Below are positions 1-10,020 of a stretch of 64,000 bases of DNA, in pieces. The notes under the pieces are model-generated. The model saw only the letters and a program-made list of their open reading frames with translations, ran no database searches and was not told the DNA's origin. Every line of letters starts with the position of its first letter. Position 1 is the first letter of the stretch. This stretch comes from a bacterium (GTDB lineage Bacteria; SM23-31): contig OZ252239.1 of NCBI GenBank assembly GCA_965249485.1, forward strand, positions 1,184,001-1,248,000, given 5' to 3'. Made by a program: the position numbers and the translations under genes.

Positions 1-1283
1 GTGGTGTAATATCTGCAAGAACAGCACGTAAAGAGTCGGTTCATACGATATTGTCTGGTCCGGCAGGAGGTGTTGTCGGTGCGTATGCAGCAGGAAAACG
101 AGCCGGGTATACAAATGTCATCACCTTTGACATGGGTGGGACATCGACGGATGTTACTCTTTGTCCCGGTATAATCCCTTTAACAAACGAGGCGGTGGTT
201 GCCGGATGTCCAATTAAAGTTCCGATGATCGATATCCACACAGTGGGTGCGGGAGGCGGTTCGATTGCAGCACTTGATAGAGGCGGCGCATTGGCAGTTG
301 GCCCGGAAAGCGCCGGGGCAGATCCCGGTCCGGTGTGTTATGGGAAGGGCACATCAATAACAGTAACGGATGCCAATCTCTATCTAGGAAGGCTCCACAG
401 CGATTATTTTCTGGGTGGCGGAATGCCTATCGATTTTGAACGCCTCGACAGCATCATGAAGAAAACAGCCAGAAAGTACACAATGAACACGGTCGACCTC
501 GCTGCGGGAATTATCAAAGTTGTAAACTCTAACATGGAAAAAGCACTTCATGTTATTTCTATCGAGCGGGGTCACAATCCGGCTGAGTTTGCCCTTGTGT
601 CGTTTGGTGGAGCAGGATCGCTCCACGCAGCAGATCTTGCCCGGTCGCTCGACATTAATACCGTCGTCATTCCGAATAATCCGGGACTTTACTCTGCGGT
701 CGGTATACTCTTTTCCGATCTTATTAAAGACTATTCACAGACACTCGTGTTGCCAGCCGAGATAGGGACTTTTAATAAACTTAAGAAAGTCTTTAACACT
801 TTGATTGCCAAAGCCCACAAAGAAATGACTGCTGAAAATATTTCGGAAGAAAAAATATCGGTACTGCAGTCGGTCGATGTCCGTTATGTAGGACAATCGT
901 ACGAATTGACCGTCCCTTTCACAGAAAACTACATCACATCATTTAATACGATGCACAATCAACGCTATGGTTACAGCAGCGCCAGTCTGCCGGTTGAAGT
1001 TGTTACACTTCGTGTTCGCTGTGTCGGAAAGACACGGCACCCGAAACTTCAAAGAAATGGAAGACCGGAGCAAACCAGAAGAAAAAATGCACCAACCCGA
1101 CGTGAAGTTTATACCGAAGGCATATTTGAAAATACAACGATTCACATGCGCGAAGATCTCAAGCCTGGTGTCCGGTATAAAGGCCCTGCGGTCATACATG
1201 AATACAGCACGACCACCTATGTTCCGCCGGACTATGCCACAAGAATGGATGACCATGGAAATCTGATTCTTACTCTGAAGTGA
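1..1283 (+). CDS. Hydantoinase A / 5-oxoprolinase family subunit (5' end outside window)
   Basis: Frame is open from position 3 (GVISARTARKESVHTILSGPAGG). Motifs DMGGTSTDV, IHTVGAGGGSIA, GPESAGADPGP, FGGAGSLH, RYVGQSYEL. Confidence 0.93.
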   Translation, partial: GVISARTARKESVHTILSGPAGGVVGAYAAGKRAGYTNVITFDMGGTSTDVTLCPGIIPLTNEAVVAGCPIKVPMIDIHTVGAGGGSIAALDRGGALAVGPESAGADPGPVCYGKGTSITVTDANLYLGRLHSDYFLGGGMPIDFERLDSIMKKTARKYTMNTVDLAAGIIKVVNSNMEKALHVISIERGHNPAEFALVSFGGAGSLHAADLARSLDINTVVIPNNPGLYSAVGILFSDLIKDYSQTLVLPAEIGTFNKLKKVFNTLIAKAHKEMTAENISEEKISVLQSVDVRYVGQSYELTVPFTENYITSFNTMHNQRYGYSSASLPVEVVTLRVRCVGKTRHPKLQRNGRPEQTRRKNAPTRREVYTEGIFENTTIHMREDLKPGVRYKGPAVIHEYSTTTYVPPDYATRMDDHGNLILTLK

Positions 1284-1330
1284 TCGAATTAAATTCACAA
1301 AAGATAGACATACTAAATTTATTCTTAAAG

Positions 1331-2941
1331 ATGAATAAAAAGAAAATCTCATTAACATCAAAACAACGCTGTCGCTTCGACCCGGTTAAGCTTGAAATTT
1401 ACAAAAACCGGTTTCATTCAATTTCAGAGGAGATGGGTGCTGCACTCCAGAGGACTGCCTTCTCACCGAACATTAAAGAGCGGCGCGATTTTTCCTGTGC
1501 TGTGTTCGACGGAACAGGTAAAATGGTTGCTCAGGGCGACCACATGCCAGCGCATCTCGGGGCAATGCCGCTGTCGGTTCAATGTGTCATCCGGCAGCTA
1601 AAACTCAACCGTGGCGATACGGCAATCGTCAACGATCCTTTCGACGGGGGCAACCATCTTCCCGATTTTACTGTTGTCCGCCCGGTCTACTTGCCGGGTG
1701 AGAAATTGCCCATGTTTTATACCGCAAACCGGGCACATCATGCGGATGTAGGTGGCATGGCTGCTGGTTCAATGCCGCTCTCACGGGAAATTTATCAGGA
1801 AGGTATCATTGTACCGCCGATAAAATTGGAGGAGAACGGCCGCTTCAACGAAATGTTTTTGAAAATGTTGAAGGCCAATGTCCGCACACCCCACGAACGG
1901 GAAGGTGACATCCTTGCTCAATACATGGCAGCAAAAGTAGGAGAAATGCGTCTGCTGGACGTGGTCAGGAAAAATGGTGCAGCGGAAGTGCTGCACTATA
2001 TGGAAGAAATGCAGAAGTATTCAGAACGGATGGTTCGCGGACTGATTAATAATATTCCTGACGGGACCTATACATTTAGCGATACTATGGAAAATGACGG
2101 TATAACCGACAGGCCGTATTCGATTGCGGTGGCGGTTACCATAAAAGGTAGCAGCACCATTATCGATTTTACCGGGACGGATAAGCAGGCATCCGGGCCG
2201 ATAAATTGCGTCTATGCAATTACTGTATCATCTGTCTTTTTTGTGTTCCGCTCACTTGTCAATTATGCTATTCCATCCAACCACGGCTGTATGGTTCCGA
2301 TTACCATCATCGCGCCTGAAGGAACGCTCGTAAACGCTATGCGTCCAGCGGCAGTGGCAGCAGGCAATGTCGAAACCTCGCAGAGAATTGTCGATGTCCT
2401 CTTCGGGGCACTTGCCGAAGCGCTGCCGGACACCATTCCGGCGGCATCGGGCGGCACAATGAACAATCTCACTTTTGGCGGAACGCACCACGAAACCGGT
2501 AAACCGTTTGCCTATTATGAAACAATAGCCTGTGGGATGGGTGCCCGTCCGGGGAAAAACGGAATTAACGGAATCCACACCCACATGACCAATTCACTCA
2601 ACAGTCCGATAGAAATACTCGAGAGTACAATGCCTATCAGGCTGCACTCGTATGGCTTTCGGAAAAATTCAGGCGGTAGCGGCAAATTCCGGGGTGGTGA
2701 TGGAATTGAAAAGTCGATCGAATTTCTCACTGAAGCAAGTCTGAATCTGCTTTCGGACAGGCGGGAGCACCGTCCATACGGTTTACAGGGAGGCTCACCA
2801 GGTAAACAAGGAGAGAATTTTATCCTCAGAAACGGCAAAAAGATGAAGTTGCCATCAAAATTCGGAATATATGTCGAAAAAAATGACACTTTTACCATAC
2901 GGACTCCGGGGGGAGGGGGATACGGAAATAAGGGAAAGTAA
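1331..2941 (+). CDS. Hydantoinase B / oxoprolinase family subunit
   Basis: Motifs SPNIKERRDFSCA, NDPFDGGNHLPD, HHADVGG, GNVETSQRIVD, HMTNS, TPGGGGYG. ATG 1331 preferred over the GTG at 1280. Confidence 0.93.
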   Translation: MNKKKISLTSKQRCRFDPVKLEIYKNRFHSISEEMGAALQRTAFSPNIKERRDFSCAVFDGTGKMVAQGDHMPAHLGAMPLSVQCVIRQLKLNRGDTAIVNDPFDGGNHLPDFTVVRPVYLPGEKLPMFYTANRAHHADVGGMAAGSMPLSREIYQEGIIVPPIKLEENGRFNEMFLKMLKANVRTPHEREGDILAQYMAAKVGEMRLLDVVRKNGAAEVLHYMEEMQKYSERMVRGLINNIPDGTYTFSDTMENDGITDRPYSIAVAVTIKGSSTIIDFTGTDKQASGPINCVYAITVSSVFFVFRSLVNYAIPSNHGCMVPITIIAPEGTLVNAMRPAAVAAGNVETSQRIVDVLFGALAEALPDTIPAASGGTMNNLTFGGTHHETGKPFAYYETIACGMGARPGKNGINGIHTHMTNSLNSPIEILESTMPIRLHSYGFRKNSGGSGKFRGGDGIEKSIEFLTEASLNLLSDRREHRPYGLQGGSPGKQGENFILRNGKKMKLPSKFGIYVEKNDTFTIRTPGGGGYGNKGK

Positions 2942-3029
2942 CTCACTAATTCCTTGAATAGATTAACTGAAAACTTAACACATTTGTTTAGACAATTGCC
3001 GGAAATCCTTTAATGATAATAAATAGTAC

Positions 3030-3057
3030 TTGACAAGACTTTACTTTTTTTTATATT
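3030..3057 (+). promoter_or_regulatory. Putative sigma70 promoter
   Basis: TTGACA-16 nt-TATATT upstream of the 3087 ORF. Confidence 0.55.
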
Positions 3058-3086
3058 CTTCAACAAATTAGCCCGCAATCGGCCCA

Positions 3087-4808
3087 ATGCAGCAATGTGG
3101 AGTCGGCATGAGCTCTCCTTTTTTCGAATTTTTACATAACCGTTCTAATAATAATATCGATATGCTCAATAGAGCAAATCCCATCTTCGAAGTCGCACGT
3201 GAACTTGGTATTCCGGTGGGGAAAAATGTCGTTCATTGTATAAAGAGAGAGAAGCATGTCAACAGTAACGGCGTACCCACAATGACTTTTAATTTGATTA
3301 AAAATACGTTCCGGTGCTGGGTGTGTCCAGATGTGTGTGGTGATGTTGTCGATCTTATTATGCTCGCAAAAGATGTGAACAGGGAACGGGCAATCCAGTT
3401 TTTATCCATTCGGGGTAATATAAAAACTGATAACGACAGATCGAAATTTTTCAGAGGAAAAAGTCTCGAAAAAATGGGATCCTCCGACCGGGAAGCAGTA
3501 TTCAAGGATTTCTTCTCAGGTATGGAAAACGACCAAGGAATCGATCTCATAGCATTTGCATCGACAAAAGGGGGAACTGGGAAAACACTTGTTGTCAATA
3601 ATATTGCTGTTATACTTTCTCTCATTACCCGTTATATCGGCCGCCACAGAAAAGCAGATCCACAACATGTTGAACTGATCGATCTTGATTTTGGCAAACC
3701 GGACCAGCGTTTATTGCTTGGTATCGATCCGGAATACTATATAGAAGACGTGTTTTATCAGCAGTCGAAAGAGCTTTCATGGGACTTCCTTAGAGAACAT
3801 ATTCCTCTTGAAAACTTAAAGCTCGTATCGTCCTGTCCGGTTAGAAAGTCGAAATCGCTTTACTATCTGAAGAAAAACGAAATCCTCTATATGCTCCACA
3901 ATTCAGATGCGAATATAAAACTTGCCGATTTTGGAGGCGGTTCTGATAAGGAGACACTGGATTTTCTTAGTAGTATCAAAAGCAAAGTGTTTGTTATTAA
4001 TCCCGACCGAGCTTCCGTTGAGGCAGTCTTTAATCTCATTCTCAGCCTGCTCTACTATCCTATGAAACAGCAGTTTAAAGGCTCAAAAGATGCGATTGCG
4101 CTTGCTGAAAAATTACGTGACTGCAGCAAAAACGGATTTACTGTCAACGACTTGCGTGACGAACTACACCGAATCGATAAGAAGCGCTCGGGTTTGAAGA
4201 AACTGAAAAAATTCTACGAGGACACAGTTAAACCGTTTCAGACAGAGCTTGGAATGTCTGTAAGCGGAAATGGTTCAATATCAATTGAAAAATTAAAACA
4301 AGATCTGCCAGCTTTGCATAATAAAGTTCATGAAATACTTTTTCGTAGTAATGGTTCATCCTCCTATTCAAAAAAGAGTAAAATTTACCGAACATTCACT
4401 GATATTGAACATAATGTCCGTGTCTTTGATTCGTTTTCATCCCGCCTGGAAAACCTTCTTACGACATCGTTGTTCGGCCTTGTAATCAATAAGTGCGACA
4501 AGGAGTTGGCAGGTACGGTAGCCGGAAACCTTGAAGATCAGATTAGAAAGACTTTCTCAATGAATTTGTCTCATCTCGGTAATATCCCGGAGGAAGAAGC
4601 GCTCAGAAATATTTCTAATTACGGTATGCCGTTTGCTGTTCATGATCCCGAACACGAAGTGCTCGATCACTTTTTTAAGATTACCGATACAATCATCGGC
4701 CTCAAGAGTGGTTCCACTGAGAATATAGTATTCGAACAGAGAGACTATCTCAAAGATCTGAAACAAAACTGGCTCGCCCAGACTGAACCCGTCGGTGTGC
4801 TTGCGTAA
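3087..4808 (+). CDS. CHC2 (primase-type) zinc finger fused to MinD/FlhG(FleN)-type P-loop ATPase
   Basis: N-terminal C-x6-H...CWVC..GDVVDL..AIQFL resembles the DnaG zinc-binding domain. Deviant Walker A KGGTGKT, LIDLDFG, DFGGGS..LDF, C-terminal GLVINK and LGNIPEE. Start could be 3087, 3108 or 3162. Confidence 0.75.
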   Translation: MQQCGVGMSSPFFEFLHNRSNNNIDMLNRANPIFEVARELGIPVGKNVVHCIKREKHVNSNGVPTMTFNLIKNTFRCWVCPDVCGDVVDLIMLAKDVNRERAIQFLSIRGNIKTDNDRSKFFRGKSLEKMGSSDREAVFKDFFSGMENDQGIDLIAFASTKGGTGKTLVVNNIAVILSLITRYIGRHRKADPQHVELIDLDFGKPDQRLLLGIDPEYYIEDVFYQQSKELSWDFLREHIPLENLKLVSSCPVRKSKSLYYLKKNEILYMLHNSDANIKLADFGGGSDKETLDFLSSIKSKVFVINPDRASVEAVFNLILSLLYYPMKQQFKGSKDAIALAEKLRDCSKNGFTVNDLRDELHRIDKKRSGLKKLKKFYEDTVKPFQTELGMSVSGNGSISIEKLKQDLPALHNKVHEILFRSNGSSSYSKKSKIYRTFTDIEHNVRVFDSFSSRLENLLTTSLFGLVINKCDKELAGTVAGNLEDQIRKTFSMNLSHLGNIPEEEALRNISNYGMPFAVHDPEHEVLDHFFKITDTIIGLKSGSTENIVFEQRDYLKDLKQNWLAQTEPVGVLA

Positions 4809-4920
4809 CTGCCCTTCAATATGTAACACTTTTATCATAATAATCCAATAAGCAGCTTTGAATTTTGTATGCATTACTCATACACAATTTTTGCATTATG
4901 CTAAGAAGAACCGAATTGGC

Positions 4921-4949
4921 TTGACATTTTTTGGCATTAATAATACATT
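4921..4949 (+). promoter_or_regulatory. Putative sigma70 promoter for nnr operon
   Basis: TTGACA-17 nt-TACATT. Confidence 0.6.
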
Positions 4950-5039
4950 TGTTTTGTATTTAGTTCTATGTCTCACGTGACAATTACTTCGGCCACTCTG
5001 ACCAGATTCGGCTGACGTAGTTGATAATATGGAGTAACT

Positions 5040-6608
5040 ATGAAGTGGGTAGTAACAGCACAGGAAATGCGGAATATTGATTCCCGTGCAATCAATACTA
5101 TCGGTATTCTCGGATATTCATTGATGGAACGTGCCGGACTCGAAGTCATTGAATCGTGTCTTGATGATTTTGGGCCTGTCTCCGGGAAATCTGTTTCTGT
5201 TTTCTGCGGAAAGGGTAATAATGGAGGAGACGGCCTTGTTATTGCCCGGGAAATGAAACGGCTCGGTGGTATCGTAACAGTATACATTTTTGCTAAACAG
5301 AGTGAATTAAAAGGCGACCCGTTATCAAATTACACCATATTGAAAAAAATGGGGATACCTGTCCGCCATATTACCTCCCCTGCACAACTAATTGAGATTC
5401 CTGAAGATTTTGATATTACCATCGATGCACTCCTTGGAACAGGGGTTCATGGAGAAGTGACCGGTATTATTGGTGCCGCTATCAGAAAAATCAATTCTCA
5501 GAGTGCGGTGGTTGTCTCGGTCGATCTTCCGTCCGGATTAAATACTGATAACGGTACATTCATCGGTACCTGTGTGAGTGCAGACATAACTGTAACGATG
5601 GGACTGCTCAAACGGGGATTGCTTCTGCATCCTGGAGCAATGATGGCGGGGGAAGTAGTCATTGCCGATATCGGGTTTCCCGAACGAGCCATATCACCTG
5701 AAAGAGTCAAAACATTTTTTATCGAAAAAAGCGATGTAGTTTCGCATTTACCGCGGCGATTGCCATATTTTCACAAGGGTGTTTTCGGACGTATCCTGGT
5801 TATCGGCGGTTCTCCGGGAATGACCGGTGCCCCTGCAATGTCGACAAACGCAGCGCTCCGCTCAGGAGCCGGAATGACGCTCCTCGGGGTACCAAAAAGT
5901 CTGAACACAGTCTTGGAACAAAAAGTAACTGAAACTATGACTCTTCCGCTCCCGGAAACAGAGAGTGGGTCATTAAGTAGAGATGCAGAAGAAAAAATTC
6001 TTGACGCTCTTGTATGGGCAGATGTACTGGCAATTGGCCCTGGTATCGGACGAGATGAACAGACAATAAAACTCGTACACTCTATTCTTGAACAATGCGA
6101 GCTTCCGGCAGTAATCGATGCAGATGCTTTATACGCCGTTTCAAAAAAACCCGGAATTCTGAGAAAAAGGGAAGCCGATACTGTCATCACTCCCCACGTT
6201 GGAGAATTTTCACGATTGATTCGGACAGATGACGCCAATCTCATCGACACGGAGCGGATTGAACTTTGCAGAAAATACGCCCGCCATTTCCGGTCGGTTG
6301 TACTGTTAAAAGGCGCTCCGTCGATCACTGCATCACCGGAAGGCGAAATATTTATTAATCCGACAGGAAATGCAGGTATGGCTACCGCCGGGTCCGGAGA
6401 TGTTTTGACAGGTGTTATTGCAGCGATAATAGGGCAGGGTGTGGATGTAGTTGAAGCAACAATTACAGGGACATACATTCACGGTCTTGCTGGTGACTTT
6501 GCTGCAGACGAATTTGGCGAAATTAGCATGATGGCAACCGATATCATAAATTATCTTCCTTATGCATTTGAAGACATGTTTGGAAGATATCTTAATTCTG
6601 AAAGCTGA
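5040..6608 (+). CDS. nnr: Bifunctional NAD(P)H-hydrate epimerase/dehydratase (YjeF family)
   Basis: GKGNNGGDG, DALLGTG, SVDLPSG, GPGIG, VIDADAL, TPHVGEF, ATAGSGDVL. Confidence 0.95.
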   Translation: MKWVVTAQEMRNIDSRAINTIGILGYSLMERAGLEVIESCLDDFGPVSGKSVSVFCGKGNNGGDGLVIAREMKRLGGIVTVYIFAKQSELKGDPLSNYTILKKMGIPVRHITSPAQLIEIPEDFDITIDALLGTGVHGEVTGIIGAAIRKINSQSAVVVSVDLPSGLNTDNGTFIGTCVSADITVTMGLLKRGLLLHPGAMMAGEVVIADIGFPERAISPERVKTFFIEKSDVVSHLPRRLPYFHKGVFGRILVIGGSPGMTGAPAMSTNAALRSGAGMTLLGVPKSLNTVLEQKVTETMTLPLPETESGSLSRDAEEKILDALVWADVLAIGPGIGRDEQTIKLVHSILEQCELPAVIDADALYAVSKKPGILRKREADTVITPHVGEFSRLIRTDDANLIDTERIELCRKYARHFRSVVLLKGAPSITASPEGEIFINPTGNAGMATAGSGDVLTGVIAAIIGQGVDVVEATITGTYIHGLAGDFAADEFGEISMMATDIINYLPYAFEDMFGRYLNSES

Positions 6609-6621
6609 TCAATCGTACCCT

Positions 6622-7011
6622 ATGAATACTTCCGTCAAATTCTATCTCCCGGTCGTAGTTTGGTTGTTATTTATGTTTAGTTTTCCGACAATCATCCACT
6701 CTCTGGATTTTGGCCCGGTCCGCTATAATCTGGACAAAATTGTCCATTTTGTTGAATACGGCATTTTATGTGGTCTGCTGATCCGTGTTTTTTATAACGG
6801 CGGCAGTGACCGGGTATTAATCCGATCGCTCTTACTTTCACTAGGGATCTCTTTATTCATAGCCGGAATTGACGAAATGTATCAGCTCTATATTCCAGGA
6901 AGATCAGCAAGTTTTTACGACTTTGCTGCCGATGTTATCGGTATAGTGTGTGCACTTGCTGTTTTCCGGTTCTTAATTCATAGTTCGGCTTCTTCACATG
7001 AGTTGGATTGA
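6622..7011 (+). CDS. VanZ family membrane protein
   Basis: DKIVHFVEYGIL and DEMYQLYIPGRSASFYDFAADVIG motifs; hydrophobic. Confidence 0.88.
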   Translation: MNTSVKFYLPVVVWLLFMFSFPTIIHSLDFGPVRYNLDKIVHFVEYGILCGLLIRVFYNGGSDRVLIRSLLLSLGISLFIAGIDEMYQLYIPGRSASFYDFAADVIGIVCALAVFRFLIHSSASSHELD

Positions 7012-7840
7012 AAAACTCTCTTCAAAATACACCTCGATTACGATACCATTCCTATATCAATTTACTGGAATCAAAAGTACAATTGACAACTTCTACAGTG
7101 ATACTGCAAATTTTTATAGTTCACTCTATTCGTCAAAAAAATCTGATGATATCCCGATGTACGCTTCGATTGCTGCTCGGACTGGTTCGCCTCTCTTAGA
7201 TGTTGCCTGCGGAGATGGAAGAGTGGCGGTACAGTTGGCACGACAGGGCCATACTGTGTTTAGTTTTGATAAATCCCGCACAATACTTGAGCTCTTTAAA
7301 CAGAGTATTGTGAAACTCCTTCCGGAAGACCGGGCACGAATTCACATCATTCGGTCAGAAATGCAAAATATTCCGTTTAAAAACCATTTTAAGTTGGCGA
7401 TCATTCCCTATAATTCGTTTAATCACCTCATGAAAAAGGAAGAGCAACAATCCTGTCTGAGTGGAATATTTAACGCTCTTGTTGCCGATGGGCTGCTTGT
7501 CATGGAGATTCTCCCTTATCATGAAACATATTGTGTTGGTTTACGCTTCAGAAAGGCAGGAGTATTATCCGACGGAGCAACAAACGTCACAGCATATTCG
7601 AAAGTAGATCATGACATTACACAAGATATCCACACTGTGAATTGGTATTTAAAAATTAAAAAATCGGGAAAGCGTACCCGTCGGATAATGAGCACATTTG
7701 TCAGAAAAGATATTCCGCTTACTGCAATGAAGGCAATGATAATCGAAACAGGCTTTAAACTCGAAGAAATCCGCTCTGCCTATTCAATAAACGAAAAATC
7801 AGGGAGTAAACTTATTTTAATCGCCAGAAAGCCGAAATAA
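6998..7840 (+). CDS. Class I SAM-dependent methyltransferase
   Basis: LLDVACGDGR motif I; PYNSFNHL; ALVADGLLVME. Confidence 0.88.
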   Translation: MSWIEKLSSKYTSITIPFLYQFTGIKSTIDNFYSDTANFYSSLYSSKKSDDIPMYASIAARTGSPLLDVACGDGRVAVQLARQGHTVFSFDKSRTILELFKQSIVKLLPEDRARIHIIRSEMQNIPFKNHFKLAIIPYNSFNHLMKKEEQQSCLSGIFNALVADGLLVMEILPYHETYCVGLRFRKAGVLSDGATNVTAYSKVDHDITQDIHTVNWYLKIKKSGKRTRRIMSTFVRKDIPLTAMKAMIIETGFKLEEIRSAYSINEKSGSKLILIARKPK

Positions 7841-8003
7841 GTGAATCCACAATGTGATCTGTATCAACAAATTGGTTGTACGATACATTTTAAAGGTAAT
7901 GACGTATTTTTTACTTTGAATTACTGAATTATTTTTTGTATTATTCAGAGCATCTCAAAAAGTTGAATATTCCTCTTTTACTCATCTCCATAGGGAGCAG
8001 ATC

Positions 8004-8369
8004 ATGGCACACAAAATCCTCATCGTCGACGATGAAGAAGATTTTCTTCAGGGATTAACCATTCGCCTTGAGCATGCAGGATATGATATCCAATCCGCCC
8101 GCAATGGTGAAGAAGCATTGGATTATATGCTTAATAACACTCCAGATCTTATTGTACTGGACGTCCAGATGCCAAAAATGAACGGTCTCGATTTTATTCG
8201 CGCTATTAAGAAAGATACAAAATTCAAAAAAATTCCGGTCTTGTTTCTTACAGCAGGTGCGTTTGAAATTGCCGAAGAGATAGAAACATTGGCGGTAGCG
8301 CAGGATTTCCTCTTGAAATCAGTTGATAATGAGCAGATTATCGACAGGATTGCAAAGTTTTTAAATTAA
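8004..8369 (+). CDS. Single-domain response regulator (CheY-like receiver)
   Basis: ILIVDDE, LDVQMPKMNG (phospho-Asp), FLTA; SD GGGAG upstream. Confidence 0.92.
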   Translation: MAHKILIVDDEEDFLQGLTIRLEHAGYDIQSARNGEEALDYMLNNTPDLIVLDVQMPKMNGLDFIRAIKKDTKFKKIPVLFLTAGAFEIAEEIETLAVAQDFLLKSVDNEQIIDRIAKFLN

Positions 8370-8484
8370 TCTTCCGAAGTTTTATTCCATCCCAAAAAAT
8401 CAAATATCTATCATGCACGTCTAGTGTTGGAACGGTGTAATATACAGCGTCACACTCGATCGTTTCTACAGTGCAGTAATGAAT

Positions 8485-8715
8485 TTAATTAAGTTTCGAA
8501 GTGGATAATTCGGAGTAATAGCCGTCTTTCCGCAGAAGCTTTTTTGATGAAAACTGTGTTGCAGAACCGGCTAACTCTGATTCATGAAGCGTTATCGTGG
8601 AATGACATTTAAGACAATTGTAAAGCGGGAATGAATCTCCGTTCGAACGTTCCTGACTTCCTAAGTATTCTACAACTGAATGATCACACATATTTCGATT
8701 TCTGTTATAATTCAT
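8485..8715 (-). CDS. Small putative zinc-binding protein (CxH...CxxC)
   Basis: MCDH..VEYLG...LYNCLKCHSTIT; preceded by a sigma28-like promoter. Confidence 0.6.
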   Translation of the reverse strand: MNYNRNRNMCDHSVVEYLGSQERSNGDSFPLYNCLKCHSTITLHESELAGSATQFSSKKLLRKDGYYSELSTSKLN

Positions 8716-8734
8716 ACCATACTTTGTGTCTTTA

Positions 8735-8761
8735 TTATCGGCAAGATCAGGGAAAAGTTGA
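8735..8761 (-). promoter_or_regulatory. Putative sigma28 (FliA/SigD-type) promoter
   Basis: Minus strand reads TCAA-15 nt-GCCGATAA versus consensus TAAA-N15-GCCGATAA, about 20 nt before ATG 8715. Confidence 0.65.
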
Positions 8762-8957
8762 ATGATTGATTCAAACAGATCATTGTGAATTCGAAAATGA
8801 GATAGAAATCACTCTATTGACTTATCAAAAGGAGAAAATAAGTTGGTACTTCTCGCTGGTTTTACCGTAAAGGAAATCCTTAAATATGTATCGGTAAGTA
8901 ATTCATAAGTATCTTCGCGAATACGTCTCAGAGTGCTCACTCTTAACGGAAAAACGC

Positions 8958-8986
8958 TTGACGGAACACAGGAAAATCCCTACATT
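8958..8986 (+). promoter_or_regulatory. Putative sigma70 promoter of repressor gene
   Basis: TTGACG-17 nt-TACATT, followed by a leader hairpin (cggtac..gggatctccc..gtgccg). Confidence 0.55.
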
Positions 8987-9088
8987 ACCTGTGTGTGTTT
9001 AGACCGGTACTTGGGATCTCCCTGTGCCGCCATTTCTAATTAATAAATATAATTTAGATGCAGGTAGTTTAATAATTAACCAAATATA

Positions 9089-9898
9089 GTGTTATATGTG
9101 ACCATAGTCAAGGATAAATTGGGTATTAATACGCCATTTTACGAAAACATCAATTTTGTTGATGCTCTTTTGCATCCGAATAGGCGGGGTTTTAGCAAAA
9201 AAATGTGCGACATGCTTGGTGTTTCAAAAGAAGCCGTATCAAACTGGAGAAACAGAGGTGTTGTTCCTCATCAAAATAATTTAAAGCGGTTTGCAGAAAA
9301 AGTATCAAGAGAATTAACAAGAAAATTCAATCAAGATGTATATTTCACGCCGAGTCAACTGAAGGAAGAAGATCTTATAACAATAATTGAGAAATTTAGA
9401 GAAAATACTGACCAATATGAAGTAAAAGAATCGGTCGCTCCATATTATCAACATAGAACAAATTTTGGTTTAAAACAGCCGGATTGGGTTAAAGATCTTA
9501 TCCCGCATATGATACACTCCATACCCGTATTCAATTCAATTCCTGAGGGTGAGCCACATGAATTGACAGATTCACGTTACATTCTTAAAAATGCTGATGA
9601 ATTTGTAATGACAGGAGTGCGTGACGTACATGCATATGCGCTTGCAGTCATTGGAGATATAATGGAACCGACACTTAGCGAAGGTGACCGGATAATTGTT
9701 TCCCCAAATTCAGAGACGGCGAATAAATGTGTAGTTGTATACAGATTAAATAATGGAAAGGCCGGATTAAGCCGCTTTCGACAAATTGGTACAGAAATTT
9801 ATTTAGAATTCGATGCAGATACACAGGAGATTATCCAGCACAATATCACAGAATTTATTTTTATCCACCGCGTTGTAGAAGTAATCAAGAAATTATGA
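9089..9898 (+). CDS. CI/LexA-like transcriptional regulator (HTH + degenerate S24 peptidase domain)
   Basis: HTH KMCDMLGVSKEAVSNWRN; C-terminal IPVFNSIPEG, YALAVIGDIMEPTLSEGDRIIVSP. Confidence 0.8.
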   Translation: MLYVTIVKDKLGINTPFYENINFVDALLHPNRRGFSKKMCDMLGVSKEAVSNWRNRGVVPHQNNLKRFAEKVSRELTRKFNQDVYFTPSQLKEEDLITIIEKFRENTDQYEVKESVAPYYQHRTNFGLKQPDWVKDLIPHMIHSIPVFNSIPEGEPHELTDSRYILKNADEFVMTGVRDVHAYALAVIGDIMEPTLSEGDRIIVSPNSETANKCVVVYRLNNGKAGLSRFRQIGTEIYLEFDADTQEIIQHNITEFIFIHRVVEVIKKL

Positions 9899-10020
9899 TT
9901 ACTAAAACATCCTGTACACCATAATTAATATAATATTCTCATACTACATTTAACTTCAAGTTCATACAACTTATTGCTTTTAATTAAATGCTGTAAATTG
10001 GTGATAATGCGTACGGTATA

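Noticed and set aside
8485..9898. Prophage immunity region (CI plus divergent small gene)
   Set aside because: No integrase, replication or structural genes nearby, and the small ORF is a Cys/His protein, not Cro-like.
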